This document shows, piece after piece, positions 17,795-27,474 of a DNA stretch of 64,000 nucleotides (positions are counted from its first letter, which is position 1; every line of letters begins with the position of its first letter). The position numbers and the translations under genes were made by a program. The stretch is from contig OZ241867.1 of assembly GCA_965203175.1 (NCBI GenBank), forward strand, positions 5,792,001-5,856,000, in the 5' to 3' direction. The DNA is from Candidatus Latescibacterota bacterium. Lineage in GTDB: Bacteria; Latescibacterota; UBA2968; UBA8231. The notes beneath the pieces are model-generated. The model had not been told where the DNA came from. It did not search any database and saw only the letters and a program-made list of their open reading frames with translations.

Positions 17795-19039
17795 ATGGAC
17801 AAGGTGCGCTTGGCCCTCGTCGGCTGCGGCGGCATGGGCACCCGCCATCTGTACGGCCTCAAGCAGCTAGCCGACTCCCCCTTCGATGCAGTCGAACTGA
17901 GCGCGGTTTGCGACATCAGCGCGGAAAACGCCGAAATGGCCGCTTCCGAAGCCGAGAAACTCCTCGGAGTCCGCCCCAAGGTCTGCACCAACATGGAGGC
18001 GATGGTCCAGCAGGTGCCGGACCTGGAAGCCGTGGACGTGGTGACCGATCCTTCGGTGCATCACACCGTCGTCTGCGAAGCCCTCGACTTGGGATTGCAC
18101 GTGCTAGTCGAAAAACCGCTGGCCATCACGGTGAGAGCCTGTCAGCGAATCATCGACGCAGCTGCGCGCAACGAGCGCATTGTCTCCGTAGCTGAAAATT
18201 TCCGCCGCGATCCTTCGGCCCGCATCGTGCGTCACTTGATCGACACCGGTGCCATCGGCACGCCCTATATGGGGATGTACCACTCGCTCGGCGCGGGCAA
18301 CTCCATCTTTATCACCCCTTGGCGCCACCGCCGGGAGTTGGGCGGTTTTATCCTCGACATGGCCGTGCACTTCACCCACATGATCCGCTACCAGTTGGGG
18401 GATTTTGCCGAAGTCTATGCCGATGCGCGGATGATAGAGCCGGAGCGGCAAAAAGCGGCAGCCATGTCCATGGACTACGAATTCTACAAAAAGCGCTTCG
18501 CAGCCATGCCCGAGCGCATACCCGCCGCGGCCGAGGACACGACCCAAGCGATCTTCAAAATGGAGAGCGGCGCGACCCTAAACTGGATCGTCGGAATCGC
18601 CGGCCACGCAGGCGCGCACCGCGAGCTAATCATGGGCACCGACGGCAGCATTGACGGCTTTGGCGTGCGCGGAGGGCGCATAACGCTTGCGCGGCGCGAT
18701 GCCGAGACTCTGAGCCAAGAGGACATCCTAGCGTCTGCCGAGGGCGCGGGACTAGCATTCGACCCGCTAACTCGCCACCTCTTTCCGAGCGGCGTCTCGG
18801 CCGGCGACCCGCTCGTCGATTTGAAGCTAATCGCGTATGAGCTACACGAAATGGCGGAAGCCGTTCGCGGCCAGCGCACCGTCGAAGTGGATGGCCGCTG
18901 CGGCCTGAAGGACGTGGCCGCACTCTACGCGGTCTTCGAGTCGTGGTGCGCCGGTGGCCCAGTGGCGCTCAGCGCGGTCGAATCCTGCCAATCATACGCC
19001 TATCAAGCAGAGATAGACGCCGCCTTGGGCATCGACTAA
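17795..19039 (+). CDS. Gfo/Idh/MocA family oxidoreductase
   Basis: ALVGCGGMG; HVLVEKPLA; AENFRRDP; GGFILDMAVH. Confidence 0.9.
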   Translation: MDKVRLALVGCGGMGTRHLYGLKQLADSPFDAVELSAVCDISAENAEMAASEAEKLLGVRPKVCTNMEAMVQQVPDLEAVDVVTDPSVHHTVVCEALDLGLHVLVEKPLAITVRACQRIIDAAARNERIVSVAENFRRDPSARIVRHLIDTGAIGTPYMGMYHSLGAGNSIFITPWRHRRELGGFILDMAVHFTHMIRYQLGDFAEVYADARMIEPERQKAAAMSMDYEFYKKRFAAMPERIPAAAEDTTQAIFKMESGATLNWIVGIAGHAGAHRELIMGTDGSIDGFGVRGGRITLARRDAETLSQEDILASAEGAGLAFDPLTRHLFPSGVSAGDPLVDLKLIAYELHEMAEAVRGQRTVEVDGRCGLKDVAALYAVFESWCAGGPVALSAVESCQSYAYQAEIDAALGID

Positions 19040-19063
19040 TCACGCCAATAAAAGGAGATTGCC

Positions 19064-19606
19064 ATGTGGAACCTCGTCAAAATCCCAGTAGAACCGCTCG
19101 TACCCGAGACGTTTGCCCCCTTCGGCCACGTAATTCGCACCTTTGAGGAGCGCAAGCCGGACAAAGTCAAAGGCGGTTATGCCACCAACGCGTACCCAGT
19201 CCTTGCCACGCCGGGATCCGAGCCCAAAGATGGCCCCGACTGGTACGTACCCCATCCGCAGCGCGTGCCCATCTCCGAGGGGCTGGAACGCGCCCATTTT
19301 GCCTTTCACACGGATGCCGGCCAATCGTTTTACCCCAGCTTACACTCGCCGAGCGTGTTTCTCGTCGGAGCGATCCAAGACGACATCCAAGCCGAAGAAC
19401 TGCGCGCTTTTTACTCGGCGGGCGACGTAGGCGTCTGCTTGCACCTCGGAGTGTGGCACACCATGCCCATCTGCGTCGAGGGCCACGACGTGTATCAGAC
19501 CACCCGCGGCGACCAAGACTACCAAGCGCACTCCGTGGAAATCGACTTCGACTTGGAGCGCGGGCAGTCCATTGTGCCGGACATGGACAATTTTAAAGGA
19601 GTTTGA
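19064..19606 (+). CDS. Ureidoglycolate-lyase-like cupin protein (copy 2)
   Basis: Paralog of 17273..17791 (PVEPLVPETFAPFGHVI; RAHFAFHTDAGQSFYP; GVWHTMP). Confidence 0.7.
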   Translation: MWNLVKIPVEPLVPETFAPFGHVIRTFEERKPDKVKGGYATNAYPVLATPGSEPKDGPDWYVPHPQRVPISEGLERAHFAFHTDAGQSFYPSLHSPSVFLVGAIQDDIQAEELRAFYSAGDVGVCLHLGVWHTMPICVEGHDVYQTTRGDQDYQAHSVEIDFDLERGQSIVPDMDNFKGV

Positions 19607-19610
19607 GCAA

Positions 19611-19931
19611 ATGCGACGAGTTGGTTTTCAGATGCAGGTCAAAAAAGATCGAATCGTCGAGTACAAGGAAGTGCATCGCCAAGTATGGCCCGAAGTCTGC
19701 GCGGCTCTCACGCGCCACAGCTGGCACCGCTACTCGCTCTTTATGAACGCAGACGGCCTCGTCTTCGGCTATTTTGAGACTGAGACGGATTTTGCCACGG
19801 CCCTCGACGGCTTTCTCGCCGAAGAGGCCACGCAGCGCTGGGGGGAAGCCAACGAGGGATTAGTCGAAATACCAGAGGGCGGCCCCAAAGACGCGCTAAT
19901 CGAACTAGAAGAGGTCTTCCACCTCGACTAG
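19611..19931 (+). CDS. rhaM: L-rhamnose mutarotase family protein
   Basis: MRRVGFQMQVK..EYKEVHRQVWPE..YSLF..FGYFE..LEEVFHLD matches the family signature. Confidence 0.8.
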   Translation: MRRVGFQMQVKKDRIVEYKEVHRQVWPEVCAALTRHSWHRYSLFMNADGLVFGYFETETDFATALDGFLAEEATQRWGEANEGLVEIPEGGPKDALIELEEVFHLD

Positions 19932-19935
19932 CACC

Positions 19936-22176
19936 ATGAATTCCTTGCGCCGCGACCAAGTGGCCATCGGCTTGGTCGCGGCCATGCTGGTGGCGCTAGA
20001 AATCGTCTGGACGCGGATATTCTCCGCTGAATTCTTCTATTCCTTTGCCTTTCTCGTAGTTTCCCTCGCCGTACTGGGCCTCGGCCTCGGGGCGCTGTCG
20101 CTGCGCTTCTGGCCAGCGTGGGCTACTTCGCCGCGAATCGGCACGGCCGCGCTCTTGGCCAGTGGAACCGCCGTGCTCGGGCCGGCTGCTGTAACGCGCC
20201 TGCCCATCGAATTCGTCGCGCTGGGGCGCTCTGGGGGCGACCTCGCCTTGCTCGCCGTGGGCGTGGGGCTGCTGGTGCTGCCCTATCTGGCCGGCGGGGC
20301 CTTCTGCGCCGCGCTCTTGCGCCGCCACCGCCAAAACACCGCCCAGCTCTACGCAGCCGACCTCGTGGGAGCAGCCAGCGGTGGCCTAGCCGCAATCGCC
20401 GCGATGAACATTTTTGGGGTGCCGGCCGCAGCCGTGCTGTGCTGCATTCCCGGTGCCCTAGCCGGATGGGGGCCTAGCCGCTACCAGCGCACAGGGGCAC
20501 TGGCCCTACTCGTCGCACTTGTCGGCGCGACCTTTGCAGCCGATACCGCGCTCGTGTCCAAGGCACCTGCCAAGGCTCCCATCGTCGCCGAGCGCTGGGA
20601 CGCCATGGGCCGCATCCGGGTCTATGCCTACAGCGCGGCCGAGCGCGGCATCGACATTGACGGCGCAGCCAACATGCTGCTCTACCGCGTGCGCGACGAC
20701 TGGCGCGAGGGACTGCCTGCGGTCGCACCCGAGTTTGCACTCGACCTGCGGCCACTGGTCCGCGCACTCTCACCCGAGCGGGTGATGGTGGTCGGGGCCG
20801 GTGGGGGCAGTGAAGTGATGCAGGCCAAATGGGGCGGCGCGCAGCGCGTCGATGCGGTCGAAGTCAACGCTGGCCTCAACGAGATGCTCACCCACGGGAC
20901 CCAAGCTGCGTTTTTTGGCCACCTGTACAAAAGTGACGGGGTCGCGATTCACAGCACAGACGCCCGCGTCTATGCCCGACAGCACCCGACCGCGTTTGAC
21001 CTGATTATCTCGCGCAGTTCCAATACGTTCGCCGCGCTCTCGTCTGGGGCATTTGCCCTCGCCGAAAACTACCTATTCACCACCGAGGCCCTCGCCGATT
21101 TCTATCGCGCCCTGACCGCAGACGGGATTTTGCTAATTGAACACCAAGTGTACATACCGCGTCTGACCAGCGCCGCTTTAGAGTCGCTGCGAGAACTGGG
21201 GCTAGCCGCGGAAAGCCACCTCGCGGTGTACGACCTGCCCACGCAGCGACGGCAGGTGTTGGTCTTGGGACGGCAGCCACTGGCGTGCACCCTAGTCGAT
21301 ACGACCTTACCGGCCCTGTTTGCCGCAGCCGACCCGGCGAGTCGCACCCTCCATCCGACCCCCGCAGCCAAACACCTAATCAGCCGGATTGTTGCCGATG
21401 GCTGGGAAGCGCATTGGCCCACCGCAGCCATCGACATCAGCCCGCCGACCGACGACCGGCCCTTTGTGGCGCAGATGGGGCGCTGGGACCGCTTGGATCG
21501 CGGGCGGCAGCAACAGGCATTGGCCTTTGAGTTTGCCGGATTTCCGCTGGCGCGGCTGCTGGTGGTGGCCGTACTGGCGATCGTCGTCGCGGTGGGAGTG
21601 CCCCTCTTGCTCTTGCCGCGACGATGGGGGCACACTGGATTGTCGGGAGTCGCTTGGCTGTACTTCGCCGCCATTGGCATGGGTTACATGTTGATCGAGG
21701 TAGTGTGGATCCAGCAATACAGCCTGCTCTTGGGCCATTCGGCCTATACGTTTCCAATCGTCCTGTTGGCACTCTTGCTGAGTTCGGGCGCGGGAAGTTT
21801 CTACTCGCAGCGCGGCGGCCCGTGGCTGCCGTTCGTCTTTGTCGCCGCGTGGACATCGGCGCATCTGGTGCTCTTTCCTCACATAGTGGCAATCTGTGGA
21901 GGGCTTGATTGGGGAGTGCGGGTTGCCATAAGCTGCGCGTTGATCGCCCCGCCGGGCTTCTTGATGGGCATGCCCTTTCCGCGCGCCGCGCGCTACGTCG
22001 GCGAGTGCATCGACTGGGGATTTGCCGTCAACGGCGTGGCCTCGGTCTTCGGCGCGACCTTAGCGGTTTTCATCGCCCTGCATTGGGGCTTTGCCATTGC
22101 ACTGTGGGCCGCGGTCGGCTGCTATCTGGGGGCCCTGCTGCTGATGCGTAGTATGGCGCGGTTAAAGAAAATGTAG
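19936..22176 (+). CDS. Membrane protein with central spermidine-synthase-like SAM-dependent domain
   Basis: EIVWTRIFS; LYAADLVGA; VVGAGGG; DAVEVN; LAENYLFTTEA; TDDRPF; GFLMGMPFP; AVNGVASV. Confidence 0.8.
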   Translation: MNSLRRDQVAIGLVAAMLVALEIVWTRIFSAEFFYSFAFLVVSLAVLGLGLGALSLRFWPAWATSPRIGTAALLASGTAVLGPAAVTRLPIEFVALGRSGGDLALLAVGVGLLVLPYLAGGAFCAALLRRHRQNTAQLYAADLVGAASGGLAAIAAMNIFGVPAAAVLCCIPGALAGWGPSRYQRTGALALLVALVGATFAADTALVSKAPAKAPIVAERWDAMGRIRVYAYSAAERGIDIDGAANMLLYRVRDDWREGLPAVAPEFALDLRPLVRALSPERVMVVGAGGGSEVMQAKWGGAQRVDAVEVNAGLNEMLTHGTQAAFFGHLYKSDGVAIHSTDARVYARQHPTAFDLIISRSSNTFAALSSGAFALAENYLFTTEALADFYRALTADGILLIEHQVYIPRLTSAALESLRELGLAAESHLAVYDLPTQRRQVLVLGRQPLACTLVDTTLPALFAAADPASRTLHPTPAAKHLISRIVADGWEAHWPTAAIDISPPTDDRPFVAQMGRWDRLDRGRQQQALAFEFAGFPLARLLVVAVLAIVVAVGVPLLLLPRRWGHTGLSGVAWLYFAAIGMGYMLIEVVWIQQYSLLLGHSAYTFPIVLLALLLSSGAGSFYSQRGGPWLPFVFVAAWTSAHLVLFPHIVAICGGLDWGVRVAISCALIAPPGFLMGMPFPRAARYVGECIDWGFAVNGVASVFGATLAVFIALHWGFAIALWAAVGCYLGALLLMRSMARLKKM

Positions 22177-22248
22177 GGCCACATTAGATCAGGTATGTCC
22201 GAGACATGCAGGGCGGGTCTACTTCGGGTCCGGATCGCATCGGTACAG

Positions 22249-23802
22249 TTACGAACTCGGCGAGTCGACGAACTGAAACGCGTACAGCTTGCAGTCGCGC
22301 ATGACGAAGCGGATCCGGATCGGTTTCCCAGATAACGAACTGACATCCTCGCGCTCCCCCCAGCGCACCGGCATGCGCACCGAATTGCCGCAGATGTAGG
22401 ACGCATCGTCCTCTGTGTAGCCGCTGACCGGCCGGCCGGACTCATCCTGAAGCTCCACGCGCACCGCGCCGCCGCCGCCGGTGTCGAGATTCAGTTCCAA
22501 ACGCTCGCCCTCGAAGCGGACAATCGGCGTAACGATTTCGCCGCCGCCGTAGCCCGCATCCGCCGATACAAACCCGTCCAACCGAAGAATCGCGCGACCA
22601 ATGCCGGAAAGGAGGCCCTTACCCGCCGGGTCGAGGAGGCCGTCGTGATCCCTGTTGGTGCCGCTGTAGTAGATCCAAATTTCATCACCCATCCGCACCG
22701 GATGCGGCATGGCCCAGATCATGCGCGAGGAGAAACTGCCTTCGGGCCCCGGGCTCAGAAAAGGCCGACGTCCGCCACAGCGCTGGAAGTTCACTCCGTC
22801 GCGGCTCACCGACAGGCGCGCGTCGAAGCGGCTGGGCCCGTAGATCTGCTGGGTCTCGGTGCGCACGACGTCCATGTCGTCGCGGACCGTGGTCACCACC
22901 GGCTCGCGGTTGAACCAGTACCAATTGGCGTTGGCGAGCATGACGTACACGCCGTTCGGGTCCGGGTACTTGAATACAGTTGCGCCGTAATAGTCCATCG
23001 GCGTCCTGCCGTAGGGTTTTTCCGGCGCGGTTGGATCCAGCGGCGCGCCGGTCTCGTAGGTCGCCAAGTCTTCTTCGTCCGGCCACATGACCGTCTCCTG
23101 ATTGTCCCAGTTGACGAGATCGTCAGACTCGAGCCGTCTGACCGTCCGGTAGTTCTCGTTTCCCTCGGCGGTGGTGTGGCGTTTGGCGACCCAGCGGCGG
23201 GTGTAGAGGACGTAGCGCCCGATGGCCGGATCCCAGAAAATGATGCTCTGCGTATCCCAGCCACCCCGGTGCGGGAGCTGCAAGCGGCGAAGGAATTTCC
23301 AGTGGATGCCGTCCGGCGAGCTGTGCATGTGGAACTGCATCGCCACATCGGGATTGTAGACCTTCGACTGGTTCTTGTAGCGCTCCTCGGGTGGGGCATG
23401 CGGGTCGATCCAGACCGAGCTGCCACCGAGCTTGCTCGGGATGACGACGTTGTTGGCGGTCGACCCGCTCTCTTCGATCAGGTGCAGCTCCGGCTTGTCG
23501 AAGTGGATGCCGTCCGTCGATTCGGCATAGCCAACGTAGGCCTGGTCGAGGCTGAGCTCGGATTCCTCCTTTGCCCTGCGCACGTGATACCACAGTTGGA
23601 TGCGACCGTCATCTTCCCCCAACACGCTGCTGTAAATGCCAAAGCTCGTGTCGGACGGATCCTCCCACGGGGCGTCGACGGTCACCACCGGCTCCGGGGC
23701 CTGGTAGGGTGGATTCATGGTGAGCTCCACTCCATTGCCAGTGGCGATGAAGCGATCGTCGACGAAAAGCTGTTTGCTCGATCCAATATCTATAGGCTGC
23801 AT
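22249..23802 (-). CDS. Glycoside-hydrolase-like beta-propeller protein (GH32/43/130-like)
   Basis: KQLFVDD; YAESTDGIHFDKPEL; SPDGIHW; WDTQSIIFWD; LRLDGFVS; C-terminal beta-sandwich ending KLYAFQF. Confidence 0.7.
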   Translation of the reverse strand: MQPIDIGSSKQLFVDDRFIATGNGVELTMNPPYQAPEPVVTVDAPWEDPSDTSFGIYSSVLGEDDGRIQLWYHVRRAKEESELSLDQAYVGYAESTDGIHFDKPELHLIEESGSTANNVVIPSKLGGSSVWIDPHAPPEERYKNQSKVYNPDVAMQFHMHSSPDGIHWKFLRRLQLPHRGGWDTQSIIFWDPAIGRYVLYTRRWVAKRHTTAEGNENYRTVRRLESDDLVNWDNQETVMWPDEEDLATYETGAPLDPTAPEKPYGRTPMDYYGATVFKYPDPNGVYVMLANANWYWFNREPVVTTVRDDMDVVRTETQQIYGPSRFDARLSVSRDGVNFQRCGGRRPFLSPGPEGSFSSRMIWAMPHPVRMGDEIWIYYSGTNRDHDGLLDPAGKGLLSGIGRAILRLDGFVSADAGYGGGEIVTPIVRFEGERLELNLDTGGGGAVRVELQDESGRPVSGYTEDDASYICGNSVRMPVRWGEREDVSSLSGKPIRIRFVMRDCKLYAFQFVDSPSS

Positions 23803-24043
23803 GATGTCCTCGTTGCAGGCCCGCGTTTCGCGCGCCCGCGGTTTGTCTATCGTGGACAGTTTGCAATTGGGGCGAATCTATGGCAATTGAACCAATACGC
23901 CTATGGGCTTGACTGAGGGGGGACAAGACGATACCTTGGCCACAACAGGTTCCTTGGAAGAGAAGGCATTGATTTTTGGTCATGCCCAAGCTACTAAGGA
24001 GCCTGTCTTTTTTCAACCGCGCCGACCAAAAAAACGACGATTC

Positions 24044-25201
24044 ATGCAGCAAAGCCATTCCGTGTTGTACTGGGACGACGCTCGGTATTCCAGCTTCCCG
24101 ACCGTGGTAAAGGGAGACCGCGACGAACTCTGGGTCGGTTTCAACTGGAACTCCCACACGCCGCTGGCGCGCGGCGTCGAAGGTGCAGCGAACTCTCATT
24201 CAGGTGGACTGGCGGGAGGCGCAACTGGTCACGTGGAACTGTTCTCGCCGGATGGCGGAGATAGCTGGTTCGAAGAGGGGAAGGACGACCAGTACCGCGA
24301 GTGCCCAGAGACGCTGAGAAGCGCCGTGCTGAGCGACGGCACCCAGATCAGGATCTCCAGGCCCGTTAACGTGTACCCACCCGAACGCAGGAAGGAGTTC
24401 GCGCGACGCGGTTTTGCGGTGGAGGAGTTCCCCGAACGAATCCATGTGGAGCACAGCCTGCAGATGTCGCGCAAGCGACCGGGAGCAAGCGACTGGGAGC
24501 GTCGTCTGCTCAAGAGCGGCGAAGAGCTGCCGTTCTTCGCCCTGATCCGCAACGGGACCGACCTGAAGAGCTGCGTTCTCGCCGACGATACCATCGTGAG
24601 CCAGGTGTACGGCAGCGCCTCAGCAGGCGATCCCTTCCGGGCCTGGGTGCTGCGCTCCGAAGACGGCGGCGACACCTATGAGATGGTGACGATGGCGTAC
24701 GACGGCGGCGAGCATCCGTTCAACGAGAGTTCCCTCCTAACGCTGCCGAACGGACGCATCGTGGCGATGGTGCGCACGGCCAGCGGCAGCAAACGCATTC
24801 CACAAGAAGAGAAGTACCTGTTCCAGACGCACTCGGACGACGGTGGGAAAACCTGGAGCGAGGTCCGAAGGACCGAGATGTGGGGATACCCTCCGCACCT
24901 GTTGCTGCTAAGCAGCGGCAATGTCCTCTGCAGCTACGGATACCGGCGGGCTCCATACGGGGTGCGGGGCTGCTTGTCTCGCGACGGCTGCGAAACATGG
25001 GAAATCGCAGACGAGATCGCACTGCGCGACGACGGTCTCACCACCGATGGAACGGTGACCGGGAAAGGCACACCCGCCGATCTAGGTTATCCGCGAACAG
25101 TCGAACTCTCGGACGGCTCGCTGTTCACCGTGTACTACATGACCCTTGGCGACAGCGTAACTCACGTGGCGGCGACCCGGTGGGCGCTGGATCAAGCGTA
25201 G
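24044..25201 (+). CDS. Sialidase/BNR-repeat family protein
   Basis: Asp-boxes SPDGGDSW, SEDGGDTY, SDDGGKTW and SRDGCETW; SYGYRRAPYG; DLGYP. Confidence 0.8.
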   Translation: MQQSHSVLYWDDARYSSFPTVVKGDRDELWVGFNWNSHTPLARGVEGAANSHSGGLAGGATGHVELFSPDGGDSWFEEGKDDQYRECPETLRSAVLSDGTQIRISRPVNVYPPERRKEFARRGFAVEEFPERIHVEHSLQMSRKRPGASDWERRLLKSGEELPFFALIRNGTDLKSCVLADDTIVSQVYGSASAGDPFRAWVLRSEDGGDTYEMVTMAYDGGEHPFNESSLLTLPNGRIVAMVRTASGSKRIPQEEKYLFQTHSDDGGKTWSEVRRTEMWGYPPHLLLLSSGNVLCSYGYRRAPYGVRGCLSRDGCETWEIADEIALRDDGLTTDGTVTGKGTPADLGYPRTVELSDGSLFTVYYMTLGDSVTHVAATRWALDQA

Positions 25202-25237
25202 GGCACGGCGGCGACCGTAGAAAGATTACAATTACAA

Positions 25238-26626
25238 ATGGCAGATTGTATTCTCCAAACTTTGATACCAGACATCGAACGCTTGGCCGCAACAACGGTC
25301 GCCAAGTATAGACTGCCCGGCATGGCACTCGGCATTATCCGCGATCGAGAACTCGCTTGGTTCGGCGGGTTTGGCGCAGCAGATCTCAATGCGGGCAAAA
25401 AACCCACTGAAAGCACGATTGCCCGCGTCGCCTCAGTGACCAAGACGTTCACGACAACTGCGATTATGCAGTTGCGGGACGCGGGACAACTCAAGTTGGA
25501 AGATCCACTAACACAGCACATTCCCGAATTTGCTTCAGCTCGCGCTATCCGCGGCGATGTCAATGGTGTGACGCTCCGACGATTGTTGACCCACCGCTCC
25601 GGCCTGGTCACCGAGTCGCCGACGCCCGGTTGGAATGATCTCCACTTCCCCAGCCGCGAGGAGATGCTTGGCAAACTGCCGGAGACGGGGATTGTCATCC
25701 CGCAGGACTCCACTTTCAAATACTCAAACCTTGCATTTGGATTACTCGGCGAAGTGGTGTACAGGCTCACCGGCACGCCATACATCGAATACGTCCACGC
25801 CAATATCATTGAGCCGCTCGGCCTAACATCCACAGTCTTCGACCTCACGGACGAATTGCGTCCTCACTTCTTTGTCGGTTATAACCCGACGCCCTACCAA
25901 GACCGTCCTGAACGCGCTCCTTACGCCCACCTGAACGGGATTGCAGCGGCGGGTCAACTGCATTCCACCGTTGGCGACTTGGCAAAGTGGGTATCGTTTC
26001 AATTCCAGACCGACGGCGGAGATCGCCGTGGGGCACAGGTACTCAAGGGACCAACACTGGTGGAGATTCAACAACCGCAATACGTCGAGCCGGACTGGTC
26101 GGCGGGGCAATGTCTAGGCTGGCGAGCAACCCGCATCGGCGACCATGTCTATCACAATCACGGCGGCGGGATTCACGGCTTTGGCACACAGGTGTGGTTT
26201 AACGTTCCACGGAAAACCGGCGTAGTTGTTCTCATCAACATGTGGCCCCCGCACGGAGGCCTTGAGATTGCAGAAGAAGTACTTGAAATGGTACTAAATG
26301 CCGACGAAGCAGTGCCGCTTGTACCAGAGCAACCAGCGCTTGAACCAACACCAGAGGCATTGCGGCGCTTTGTCGGTTATTATCGCGCCGAGCCGGGCAT
26401 TGATGTGGACATTGAGGTGCGCGACGGCAGCCTGCGGCTTGCGGCGCACGGTGGGTCTGCGTATTCCCTACACGCCCCGGCAGTCCTCGAACCGACGGAC
26501 AAAGAGGAGGAATGGCTCGTTCGCGAAGGTCGCGCAGCCGGAGAAATCGCCCTCTTTACGTTTGACGACGACGATCGCGTAATAAGCTACGAGTTAGGAG
26601 CTTTTGTGTTCAAAAAGTTGGTGTGA
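25238..26626 (+). CDS. Serine hydrolase, beta-lactamase (AmpC-like) family
   Basis: ASVTK (SxxK), LLTHRSGL, FKYSN (YxN), HGGG. Confidence 0.9.
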   Translation: MADCILQTLIPDIERLAATTVAKYRLPGMALGIIRDRELAWFGGFGAADLNAGKKPTESTIARVASVTKTFTTTAIMQLRDAGQLKLEDPLTQHIPEFASARAIRGDVNGVTLRRLLTHRSGLVTESPTPGWNDLHFPSREEMLGKLPETGIVIPQDSTFKYSNLAFGLLGEVVYRLTGTPYIEYVHANIIEPLGLTSTVFDLTDELRPHFFVGYNPTPYQDRPERAPYAHLNGIAAAGQLHSTVGDLAKWVSFQFQTDGGDRRGAQVLKGPTLVEIQQPQYVEPDWSAGQCLGWRATRIGDHVYHNHGGGIHGFGTQVWFNVPRKTGVVVLINMWPPHGGLEIAEEVLEMVLNADEAVPLVPEQPALEPTPEALRRFVGYYRAEPGIDVDIEVRDGSLRLAAHGGSAYSLHAPAVLEPTDKEEEWLVREGRAAGEIALFTFDDDDRVISYELGAFVFKKLV

Positions 26627-26661
26627 CGAAGTGGCCCCTGCTCCACACCTGACTCACCTCT

Positions 26662-27387
26662 CTACCCAATTTCTGTGAGAACCGCTTTCAGTCGTTCCGG
26701 ATAGTTTGTCAAAATCCCATCAACGCCGATCTCGATGTAAGCTTGCATATCTTCAGGAGTATCCGCGTAGAAGACATGCACAACTCGTCCTGCCGCATGG
26801 GCCTTTTGCACAAACTCCCGAGTCGTTATGTCCCGTCCCGGCTGCATCGTCCGCAGCCCCATCTCTACTGATTTTCGGATATATTCCTCTGGGGTGCGAT
26901 CCGCGCGAAAGAGCCGGCACTCAATCTGCGAGTCAATCTCGGCAAAAATTCCAACGCTTTCATCGCTGCATGCCAAAATAGAAGCCTCTACCATCTGAAA
27001 CTCGCGCAATGCCTGTGCAACCTTGCGTTCATAGAGACCGTCTGGATTGCCTCCTTCTTTGAGGTGGACATTGAGTCTAACCTTCCCTTGTACGAGGTCT
27101 AATGCTTCCTCCCATGTTGGCACGCGCTCACCCTGAAACTGTTCACCAAACGCTCTTCCGGCGTCAAGGGCTTTGATTTCAGTTAGTGTGAGTTCGGCAA
27201 TCGCGCCCGTGCCATCTGTCGTTCGGTCTACGGTTGAGTCGTGCGTGACAATTAGATGGTCATCCTTTGTCATGTGGAGATCTAGCTCAATCTCATCAAC
27301 GTCAATTTCCAATGCCTTCTGAAAGGCGATCAACGTATTTTCGGGATAGTTCCCCGACGCACCCCGATGAGCAACATTAACGACCAT
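26662..27387 (-). CDS. Glycerophosphodiester phosphodiesterase
   Basis: AHRGASGNYPENT; IELDLHMTKD; HDSTVDRTTDG; GVDGILTNYP. Confidence 0.92.
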   Translation of the reverse strand: MVVNVAHRGASGNYPENTLIAFQKALEIDVDEIELDLHMTKDDHLIVTHDSTVDRTTDGTGAIAELTLTEIKALDAGRAFGEQFQGERVPTWEEALDLVQGKVRLNVHLKEGGNPDGLYERKVAQALREFQMVEASILACSDESVGIFAEIDSQIECRLFRADRTPEEYIRKSVEMGLRTMQPGRDITTREFVQKAHAAGRVVHVFYADTPEDMQAYIEIGVDGILTNYPERLKAVLTEIG

Positions 27388-27474
27388 TTTTTATACCTCC
27401 TGAAGTTACTAGGCGAGCCTGCGATGGCAGCACCGTTGCAATGGCAGCCGTATTCCCGTCGAGCGTCGTGAAAA

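Noticed and set aside
17789-17797. In-frame TAG between adjacent ORFs (also 62111-62119 and 58985-59002)
   Set aside because: Each downstream gene has its own RBS and ATG and is a complete, unrelated family member.
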